A DNA stretch of 64,000 nucleotides from Scenedesmus sp. PABB004 (Eukaryota): the NCBI GenBank assembly GCA_014905635.1, contig JABVCE010000013.1:248001-312000 (forward strand), read 5' to 3'. Shown here in pieces: positions 35,610-45,428 of this stretch. A model generated the notes under the pieces. It was not told the origin of the DNA and did not search any database. It was given only the letters and a program-made list of their open reading frames with translations. Within the stretch, counting starts at the first letter, position 1; every line of letters begins with the position of its first letter. Made by a program: the position numbers and the translations under genes.

Positions 35610-37736
35610 ATGGCGGCGCTGCCGCCGGGCATGGTCATGCACCCCGCCATGCTCACGCAGGCGCAGGCGCAGGCCCTGGTCGCGCGGCCGGGCATGGCGG
35701 GGCCCGCGGCGGCGGCCGCGGCGGCGGCCGCGGCGGCCGCGGCGCAGCAGCAGCAGCGCGCGGCGGGCGCCGCCGGCAGGGCCGCGCCGAAAAAGCGCAA
35801 GGCCGCGGAGAAGGCGGCCAGCGAGAAGGTGCATGCGGCGCCGCGTCCGCGCCACCGCCGGCGCCCGCCGCTCGGGCTTTGCTTGCGCGCGGCGCGCGCG
35901 CGACCGCCGCGCCGGCGCGAGACCGCCGCGACCGCGCCGCCGCGCCGCCCGCAGCCGCTCGCGCTCATCCCCGAGAGTGCGCTCTTCAACAGCCTGGCCA
36001 TGCAGGAGCGCGAGCTCGACTACCAGCTGCGCCGGCGGCGGCTCGAGGTGCAGGCCGCCGCGGCGCCGTACGAGCACCCCGCGCACAAGCGGCTGCGCGT
36101 GTACATCTACACCACGCACGCCAACCAGCCGCGCCCGGGCGCGGCCGCGCGCGGCGGCGCCGACGCGGAGCCGCCGTCGTGGACGCTCAACCTGTGGGGC
36201 CGCCTCGTCGACGCCGACGACCCGCCGCCGCCGCCCGGCAGCGACGCGGCGGCGCTGCTCGAGGCCGCGGCCGCGAGCGCCGCGCCGCCGGGCCCCGCGC
36301 CGCCGGCGCCGGCGGGCGGCGCCGCGGGCGGCGCCAAGTCGCACGCGTTCACGAGCTTCTTCCGGCGCATCACCGTGGAGCTCGAGCCGGAGCAGCCCGA
36401 CGAGCAGCAGCAGGGCGGCGCGCGCTTCGTGTGGGAGCGCCTGCACCACCGCGGCGCGCACAAGGAGCGGCTCGAGATCAAGCGCCGCGGCGCGCGCAGC
36501 GTGGCCGCGACCATCACGCTCGAGCAGGAGTTCAGCCCACCCGCGTACGCCGTCGACCCGCGGCTCGCGCAGGTGCGCGCGGCGGCGGCGGCGGCGCGCG
36601 GCGCCGCGCAGCCCCCGCCGCCAAGCGCGGCGCGGCCGTCCGCTCGCCCGCCCGCCCGCCCGACGCCCGCCCGCCCGCCCGCCTGTCTGCGCGCAGCTGG
36701 TGGGCGTGACGTTTGGGCAGCAGAACAGCGTGCTGGCGCGCGTGTGGACCTACATCCACAAGGCCAAGCCGCAGGTTCGCCGCGCCGCCCCCGCTGCCTG
36801 CCGTCCGGCGTCCGCCCACGCGCCCGACCCGCCGCGCTCACGCGCCGCCGCCGCCGCCGCGCCCCGGCGCGCAGGGCGGCCCCGGCGCGCCGCTGGAGCT
36901 GGACGAGCGCATGGCGGGCGTGCTGGGGTCGGCCCAGATGCCACGCGACGCGCTGCCGGGCGCGGTGGGCAAGCTGCTGAGCCCTATGCAGCCCATCACG
37001 CTCGACTACACCATCGAGTGAGCAACAACAACAACAGCGCGCCCCGCAGCCCGCCGACGGGCCCCGCGCTCGGCCCGCCGCCGGGCGCCGCCGGCGCCCA
37101 CGCCGCCGCGCGCCCGCGCCGCCGCGCAGCGTGAGCGGCGCCAGCCCCGGCGCCGTGACGGTGCTAGACGTGGACGTGCTGCTGCCCGCGAAGCTGCAGG
37201 ACCGGCTCGTGCCCGGCCTCGACGCGCTCGAGGGCGACAAGGCGGTGCGCCCCGCTTGCCCGCCCGCGCGCGCGGCGCCCCCGCCCGGCCGCCAGCGCGC
37301 CGCGCGCCCGGCGGCCCGGCCGCCGAGACGCCGCCCGCCCGCGCCGCACGCGCCAGACGGAGGCGATCGACGCGCGCATGGCGGCGCCGCTGGCCAAGCT
37401 CAACGAGGCGCGGCGGCGGCGCGCCATGCTGCTGGGCTTTGCCGAGGCGCCGGTCGCCTTCCTGAACGCCGCCATCGCCGGCCAGGTGCGCCGGCGGCTG
37501 CGCCCGCGCCGCGCGCGCGCCGCGGCAGCCGCCCGCCAGCCGCGGGGCGCGCCGGCGGCGCCGCCGCTGACCGCACCGCGCGCGTGCACGCGCGCGCGCA
37601 GGGGCTCCGCGACCTGCGTGTGCTGCGCACGGACGCCAAGGACCTGGAGCGCCGCAGCGACGTGTTTGCCGAGGCGTGGGTCGAGGAGGCGGCCGCGAAG
37701 CTGCTGGCCAAGAAGAACGGCGTGCCGCTGGCCTGA
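35610..37736 (+). CDS. SWI/SNF complex BAF60/SNF12 (SMARCD-like) subunit
   Basis: ALIPESALFNSLAMQERELD, RLRVYIYTTHANQ, WTLNLWGRL, FTSFFRRITVEL, SWIB-like VLARVWTYIH, PITLDYTI, RRRAMLLGFAEAPVAFL. Confidence 0.87.
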
Positions 37737-37810
37737 CGCGGCGCCTCGGCGGCGGGCGCGCGGGGTGGGGCCGTCGTGGCGCTGCAATCCGGCTCGCGCC
37801 CCACGCCGGC

Positions 37811-38586
37811 CGGGCCCACTCGGCTGGCAGCGCTGCGCAGCGCGGCGCGGCGCGGCGGTGGAGGCGGTGCAGATGCGGCTCGCGCGGCTGCGGGCCGAGC
37901 AGCAGCAGCAGTCAACCGGCGGCGCGCCGGCAGCGTGGGTCGGCGGCGCAGCCCCGCGCGGCGCCGCGCCGTGTGTCGCGCGGCACTGACGCGCGCGGGA
38001 GCCTCCAGTGTGGCGGGGCCGGTCGCCCCGTGGCGCGCGCGTGGGCTGCAGGCCCTGGGCTGCCGGCGCGTTCCTCGCGGCCGCGCCTGGGCTGCCGGCG
38101 ATGCGGCGGTGCGCGCGCCTGCGGGGCGCGCCGGCGGCGCGCGCCCGATTCTGGGGCGCCGCCGCCGCCCGCGGGGGCGGCTGGGGGCCGCCGCGCGGCC
38201 CCACCGCCAGCCCGGGGCGCGCGGACTGGGCACGCACGCGCGTGTGGGCGGCGCGCGCCCGGCGGCGAGCGCGCGGCGCTGCGGGCGCGGCGTGAATCGG
38301 TGTGTTAAAGTGCCGCCCCGCTGATTCTGACGCGGGCTCCGCCAACCGCCCCGAGGCGCCCGCGCGCCGCGCCGCCGCCAGGCTTCCCCGCACGAGGTCG
38401 ACGACTCCCGAAAGCACGCCGCCATGGCGAGAGACGCGCAGCGAGCTCGCCCGGACTCTGCCCCGCCCCCCGCGCTCTGAGCGACGCGCGGGAGGCATGG
38501 ATGCGGACGCCCAGGCCTTTGCCGCGCTGGTTGGCAGCTCCCTGAGCGGGCAGCGCGGCCCGCCCGCCCCGGACGGCTTCCCGGCG
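37811..38586 (+). repeat. Copy 1 of ~775-bp inverted duplication: frameshifted last exon of the coiled-coil gene plus live promoter and first exon of the MYB gene
   Basis: Reverse complement of 44655-45428, with about 15 substitutions and two small indels by manual comparison. Confidence 0.97.
38424..38480 (+). promoter_or_regulatory. Candidate uORF (18 aa, MARDAQRARPDSAPPPAL) in the leader of the LHY-like gene
   Basis: gccATGg context; stops 16 nt before the main ATG at 38497; AT-rich GTTAAAG upstream at about 38304. Confidence 0.5.
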
Positions 38587-41500
38587 AGCGACAGCGGGCG
38601 CGCGCCCAAGGTGCGCACGCGGGGCACGCTGCTGGGTCAGCGCGGCGCCCAATTGGCAGGAGGAGCTGACATATGCCCACAGCGCCGGCGCCGAGCCGCG
38701 ACTGCGCCCGACCGCGGCGCGGGGGCGTCGCCGGCACATGCGGAGCGCGGCGCCCTCACGCCTCACCGCGCTCTCGCAGACGCGCAAGCCCTACACCATC
38801 ACCAAGCAGCGCGAGCGCTGGTCGGAAGAGGAGCACCTGCGGTGCGCGCCGCGCACGCGCCCGCCGGCCGCGCCCGCCCGCCCCCGCCGCGCCGCTCACG
38901 CGCCCCGCCCCGGCGCTGCCGAGCAGCTTCGTGGAGGCCCTGCGCCTGCACGGCCGCGCCTGGCGCAAGATTGAGGGTGCGGCGGCACGCCGCGCCGCTG
39001 CCAGGCGGACGCGCGCCTGGCCGCAGCCCCGCTCACCGCCGCCCGCACGCCCGCACGCCCGCCGCGCAGAGCACATAGGCACCAAGACGGCCGTGCAGAT
39101 TCGCAGCCATGCACAGAAGTTCTTCAACAAGCTGGAGAAGAAGAAGGAGGCCGGCGAGGTGGCCGACGGAGGTGCGGCGCAGCAGGCCTCGCGGCGGCGC
39201 GCCGGCGGCGGCGGCGCGGCGACGGCGGCAGGCAGCCACCCCTGCGCGGGCAGCGGCCGCAGCCGCGACGACGCCGGCGGCGGCGCCGGCAGGGGCGGCG
39301 CCGGCAGGGGCGGCGCCGGCAGGGGCGGCGCCGGCAGGGGCGCCCGGCGGCGCGGCCCGGCCCCGCCCGCCGCGCGCCGCGCCAGGCTCGCCTTACCCCG
39401 CCCGCGCGCGGCCCGCCGCGCAGAGGAGGAGCTGACCATCCCGCCGCCGCGCCCCAAGCGCAAGTCGGCCAAGCCCTTCCCCCGCAAGGAGGGGCTGAGC
39501 TCGTCGGGCTGCCACACCGGCACGAGCAGCCTGCCGCCGAGCAGCCTCGCGCTGCTGACGCGGCTCGCGCAGCCCGGCGGCGCCGCGTCGGAGGTCACCG
39601 ACGCGACCGTTGCGGCGGTCACCGCGGCCGCGTCGGCGGCCGCGGCCGCGGCGGCCGCCGCGGTCGTCGCCGCGGCGGGGCAGGAGGTGCAGACGCACCT
39701 GCAGGTCCACCCGCCCAGCTGCTTCCCCTTCTTCGGCATGCCCCCGAGCGCGCTCGCGCGCGTCACGCCCGCGAGCGCGGCGAGCCTGGACGCCGCGGCG
39801 GCGCTGTCGCAGCAGCAGGCCGCGGCGGCGGTCCGCGCGGCCGCGGCGCAGCAGGCCGCCGCGGCGGCCTGGCCCGCGCGCGGCGCGGCGGCGGCGCCGG
39901 CGCTACGGTTTGACGGCGCCGCCGCCGCCGGCGCGGCCGCGGCCGCGGCCGCGCGCGACCCGCCGGCCGACGGCGACCGCGGCCTGGTGGAGGCGACGGG
40001 CACGACCGACGGCACGCACGTGAGCGCGTACGCGCAGCAGCGCGGCAGCGACGGCGACAGCGCGTGCTCGCGCGAGACCGACAACCCGGACGCGCACCCG
40101 AGCGCCGGCATGGACGCGAGCTGGCAGAGCCGGCTGCACCACGCGGCGCTGCTGCAGCAGCGCCAGGACATGGGCAGCAGCAGCCCCTCCGCCGCCGCGG
40201 CGCGCGGCCTCGCGGGCCTCGCGGCGAGCGGGTTTGACCCCGGCAGCCTGCAGTGGGGCGCCGCCGCGGGGTACGACACCAGCAGCGCGGGCAGCGCCGT
40301 CGCGCTCACGCCCGCGGCGGCGCTGGCGCTGCTCAGCAGCCCGCTGTTTTTCGCGCAGCAGTCGGCGCTGCAGGCCGCCGCGGCCGCGGCGGCGGCGGGC
40401 CTCGGCGGCGCGGCGTGCGGCAGCGGCGGCGCCGCCGCCGCCGGCGCGGGCGCGCCGCGCTCGAGCGGCGGCGGCGGCAGCGGCCGCACCAAGAGCCGCC
40501 GCACGGCGCCGTCGGTCAACAGCGGCAGCACGGGCCCGCCGCTCGGCGCGAAGCGCGCGCACGAGGGCGGCAGCGAGGGCGAGCGCTCGCGGCCGGCGGC
40601 CAAGAAGGCCGCGCGCGAGCGCAGAGACACGGGCGAGGAGGGCGAGGGCCTGGAGGCCAGCCCCAGCAGCCCCAGCATCCAGGAGAAAGACCACAAGGCC
40701 GCCAGCCAGCCCAGCAACACCAACGGCAACACCAGCGGCTCCAACGAGTCGGACGGCAGCAAGCGGTGCGGCGCGGCGGCGGCGCGGCGCGCGGGGCTGC
40801 GGCCGGCCGGCTCCCCCTGCGCCGCGGCCGCGGCGCGCGAGCGCCGTGCGGGGGCGGGGGCGGTCTGCTGACGCCGGCGCGCGCGTCGCCGCCCGCCGCG
40901 GCACAGGCGCCAGGGCACCGCCGGCGGCGAGGGCAGCAACCCCACCAACGGGAACTCGAGCGTCAAGGACAGCAACACCGGCACCAACGGCCACACCACC
41001 AACGGCTACGGGCACGGCTACAGCTGCGGTGCGCAACGCCGCCGCCGCCGCCGCCCAGGCCGCGGCGCACTCGCGCTGCCCGCGCGCCGCGCGGCACGCG
41101 CCCCCTGCGCCGGCCCCGGCCTGACCCCCGCCGCCCGCCGCCCGCCCGCGGCGCGCAGGCAACGGCACGAGCGCGTTCAACCCGGTCGGCGGCCACCACC
41201 ACCACGCCCACCACCACGCCCACCGCCACGGCCACGCGCTGCACGCGCAGGCAGCCACCGGCGCGGGCGGCGCGGGCGGCGCCGGCGCGGAGGCCAGCAA
41301 CGGCGGCACGCGCGACGAGGGCCGCTCCAGCAGCGACCTGGAGGGCCCGCCGTCGGCGCTGCAGCAGCCGCGCCTGCGGGGCGCGGCCGAGGACGACGCC
41401 ATGCCCGACGCGCCGCCGCTGGCGCCGGGCGGCGCGGGCGCCGCGCCCTCGGCGCAGCGCAGCGAGCCCGCGGCGCAGCTGCAGGCGCTGATGGCGTCGC

Positions 41501-41964
41501 TGCACGGCATGTGCGGCACCCCGCTGGCGCTGCAGCAGGCGTACGGCGCGGCCGCGGCCGCGGCGACGGCGCAGGCCGTGGCCAGCGCCATGGACGCGGG
41601 CGGGCAGCTCGCGCAGCCCAGCGCCGCGCCCGCGGCGCAGGGCTTCACGCCCTGGCACGCCGGCGCGGCCGCTTCGGCGGCGGCGACGACGCAACAGCTC
41701 CAGGCCGCGGCGGGGCTCATGGGCCTGGCCGGCGGCTGGGGCGGCGCTGGCGCGGCCTTCAGCGACCACCACCACCACGCTGCAGCCGCAGCGGTGGCGG
41801 CGGCGCACGCGCGCGCGGCGGGCCTGCTGCCGGGGCTGGGCAGCGACGCCGACGTGGCGGCGGCGGTGGCAGCGGTCGCCGGCGCGGCCACGCTGCAGCA
41901 GCTGCACGCCGCCGGCGCGCTGGGCGGCGGCGAGGGCGCCGCGGCCAGGGCGGCCGCCGACTGA
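38497..41964 (+). CDS. LHY/CCA1/REVEILLE-family single-MYB (SHAQKF) circadian transcription factor (ROC40-like)
   Basis: Spliced [57 protein letters not shown], followed by IPPPRPKRKSAKPFPRK and ATVAAVTAAASAA. Confidence 0.93.
39281..39340. repeat. 15-bp minisatellite (CGGCGCCGGCAGGGG)x4 in a MYB intron
   Basis: Read directly from the sequence. Confidence 0.9.
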
Positions 41965-43492
41965 TCCCGCGCGCGAGCGCGCGGGCGCGCCATTGCCGTG
42001 CTGCTGCCGGCTCTTTATCGGCGGTGTGGGTGGGAGCGCGTGGGACTGCGTGGCTTGCGTACGAGCTGTGGTCGGGCGGAGCGGGGGAGCGCGTGAGCGC
42101 GGGAGTGGTGGTCCTGCCGCGGCGAGTGGCTGCCTGGCGCGACGATAGCCCCCTGCGGGCGAGGGAGGGACGGGGCGCGCCGGGCGCTCCTCATCATCGA
42201 GTTGCCTGGTGGGAGCGGAGCGCTGCTGGGTGGGCCCTGCGTGCACGCACACGCCGCGCGCCGCCTGCGCGGAGGGGCGCTTGGGAGCGTCGGGCGCCGG
42301 CGTTTGCTCGAGCGCCGCGTCCCGGCTGCTGCCAGCATGCCTCGATTGCCGTGCGCGCGCGCGCCCTTCTCGGAACACACACGCGCACAGCACTGCTGCT
42401 GCGTCGAGCGAGGCGCATGGGATGCCGGGGGCCGCCGGCGCGGCGGGCATGCACCCGCGTGCCCTCGTCGGCGGCCGCTGCGAACAATAAAAGAACTGAG
42501 GCCCCGCGTGATAGCGCGGGCTTGCGTGACTGAGTGCCTTGGTCCCTGCATCGGTTGCTGGCGGAGGCGCCGCCACGGCTGCGGCCCGAGGTGCGCTGCC
42601 CCGCGGGGCAGCGCGGCTGGCCGGCGCCGCGCCGCGCGCGCGCCTCCGCCCGGACCCCGCAGTCTGTGCGTGAGGCAGAGGCGCGAGGCAGAGGGCGAGG
42701 GTCTGAGCCCCCGCGGGCACTCACTCAGCTGCAGCTGACTGCGCGCGCTTCGAGCGCGCACAGCGTTTGCTTGCACAAACTCTTGCGGCGCCTAGGCGTG
42801 TCCCCGCAGGCCGCGGCGCTGCTGCTGCTGTCAGCCTACGATTGCTGCTGTCTCGCTCCGTTCCGACGCGGCCGGCGTGCTGTCGCTGGCAGCCGCCGCC
42901 ACCGCCTTGCATGACTTTGCGCGATCGCGCACCACTCGCGAGTGGATGGAGGCACACGTGAGCCACGTGCTGCACCTGCCAACAGCATCACCCAGTCGGC
43001 ATTGGCGCCGGCGCGGGCTGCGTCTCTCTCTCTCTCTCTCGGTTCTGGGGCAGCCCGCTGTGTGACGTCAAGCCGCTAGCTGCCGGGCCTGCGGCGCAAG
43101 CCGGACGACCACACCGCCCGCCGTCGCGCAGTCAGTCAGCGGGGGCTGCAGCCACAGCAGCCAGTCCGTGAGGTATCAGGTTTTACCGAGCGCAGTGCGT
43201 GTTCAGACCCCACAAGGCGCGCGCGCCTCGCTCAGGAGGCAGCGACGCGCCGCCGCGCACAGCGCAGTCGCGCGCCGCCCGTGCAGCACCCGACGCTGTC
43301 CCCGGGCGCCCGAGTTGACCACCCGCGGTCGTTGATCCGCCGCCCCAGACCTCTTTTTCTTTTTCTTCTTCTCTCCCTCCTGCACACCCGCGGCAGCAGC
43401 AGCAGCGACCCACAAATTCGTTGAGGCGGGGCCCCCGGGCCGGGCCCGCCGCGCGTTCGTTGATCGGCCCGCTGGCTGTTGGAGGGAGGTCC

Positions 43493-44429
43493 TCACGCCA
43501 GCAGCGCCAGCAGCGCCAGGCCAGCAGCCTGCGCAGCGCGGGTCGGCGAGGCGTCGCGCGCGCGTTTGCGACAGGCGGCGGCGCGCGGGCGCCGCGCGTG
43601 CGGCGGGCGCGGTCGACACCCCGGCACACAGGCCCACCAGCAGCGCGGCGCCGCCCGCGCGGCCGGCCGGCGCGGCGGCGTTGACGACGGAGTTGGTGCC
43701 GGTCGCGGGCGTGCTGCGCGGCGCGCACGCGGCGGTGATGTGTTTGTGTGTCGCGTTCTTGTAGATGCGGCAGGACATCCTGGCCGATGCGTAGCACGCC
43801 ACGGTGGCGCCCTTGGGCGCGGCCTCGGGCAGGTCCTTGTCCGCGCCGGCGGGGCACTTGGTCTTGTTGAACGGCGACTTGTCCGGCAGGCACTCGGCCA
43901 GCGCGGCGCCCTTCTTGGTATCGTCAGAGTAGGGACATCCACCCACGAAGGCCGCGCAGTCGTCCTTGGCGTAGCAGGCGGTGTTGCCGTAGCAGCAGCC
44001 CAGGTCCGGACCGCAGTGGCTCTCCGTCTGCGCCGCGGCAGCAGGGGCGCCTCAGCCGCTGACGCCTGCTGCCAACTGGCCCTCGCTGGCCGCACGGCGC
44101 GGCACGAACGCGAGAGGCGCGGCGGCTGAGGCGGCAGCAGCGGCGCAACCGGTGACGCTGGCGGCACGCAGCGCTGGCCGCACGGCGCGGCAGCAACGCG
44201 GCCGCAGAGGCTGTACCGTTCAGCCGGGCGCTGTCGGGCGATGGCGCGGTGGCCGTGCTGGCGCGGCCGCCGTGCGATGGCGAGCGCCCGCCGGGCCCCG
44301 GCCATCCACGCGCGCCAGCGCTGCCGCGGCACTCACCTCGGCGATCCAACACGCGTCACCGGGCTTGGCGGCCCGCGCCTGCAGGAGCAGGCCCGCGGCG
44401 CAGAGCAGCAGGAGCGGGAGGCGCGGCAT
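43493..44429 (-). CDS. Small secreted Cys-rich protein with hydrophobic C-terminus (putative GPI anchor), unknown family
   Basis: Signal MPRLPLLLLCAAGLLLQARA; intron 44336-44028; mature region has 12 Cys; a probable last intron gives the tail AAGLALLALLA*. Confidence 0.72.
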
Positions 44430-44654
44430 GGCGGCTCGGCTCGAGCGTCAGGAGAGGCAGCGGAGGGCGCGAGGGGCGCGTGGGCGGCTCGTCGGCGCGG
44501 CTGGCGGCTCGGCCCGAGCTGGTTGACTGTGTGCTGACTGCGCGGTCAGTGACGGCGCAGAGGCGTCACTGCTCCACAGCGCAAGGCGCCCCGCGGTCCA
44601 AAGGGGTCAAGGCAGCTGTAGAACGGCCTGGAGGTGCGCCGCGGTGGCGCACGG

Positions 44655-45428
44655 CGCCGGGAAGCCGTCCGGGGCGGGCGGGCCGCGCTGCCCGCTCAGG
44701 GAGCTGCCAACCAGCGCGGCAAAGGCCTGGGCGTCGGCATCCATGCCTCCCGCGCGTCGCTCAGAGCGCGGGGGGTGGGGCAGAGTCCGGGCGAGCTCGC
44801 TGCGCGTCTCTCGCCATGGCGGCGTGCTTTCGGGAGTCGTCGACCTCGTGCGGGGAAGCCTGGCGGCGGCGCGGCGCGCGGGCGCCTCGGGGCGGTTGGC
44901 GGAGCCCGCGTCAGAATCAGCGGGGCGGCACTTTAACACACCGATTCACGCCGCGCCCGCAGCGCCGCGCGCTCGCCGCGGGGCGCGCGCCGCCCACACG
45001 CGCGTGCGTGCCCAGTCCGCGCGCCCCGGGCTGGCGGCAGGGCCGCGCGGCGCCCCCCAGCCGCCCCCGCGGGCGGCGGCGGCGCCCCAGAATCGGGGGC
45101 GCGCCGCCGGCGCGCCCCGCAGGCGGGCGCACCGCCGCAGCGCCAGCAGCCGAGGCACGGCCGCGAGGAACGCGCCGGCAGCCCAGGGCCTGCAGCCCAC
45201 GCGCGCGCCACGGGGCGACCGGCCCCGCCACACTGGAGGCTCCCGCGCGCGTCAGTGCCGCGCGACACACGGCGCGGCGCCGCGCGGGGCTGCGCCGCCG
45301 ACCCACGCTGCCGGCGCGCCGCCGGTTGACTGCTGCTGCTGCTCGGCCCGCAGCCGCGCGAGCCGCGTCTGCACCGCCGCCTCCACCGCCGCGCCGCGCT
45401 GCGCAGCGCTGCCAGCCGAGTCGGCCCG
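44655..45428 (-). repeat. Copy 2 of the inverted duplication: live last exon of the coiled-coil gene plus orphan MYB promoter and first 30 codons
   Basis: Contains ATG 44744 MDADAQAFAALVGSSLSGQRGPPAPDGFPA, which runs into unrelated sequence and stops at 44607. Confidence 0.97.

Noticed and set aside
39281..39340. CRISPR-like array
   Set aside because: Head-to-tail minisatellite without spacers, in a eukaryotic intron.
37811..45428. Inverted repeats as transposon TIRs with cargo genes
   Set aside because: The repeats consist of host exon and promoter sequence; I saw no transposase or target-site duplication.
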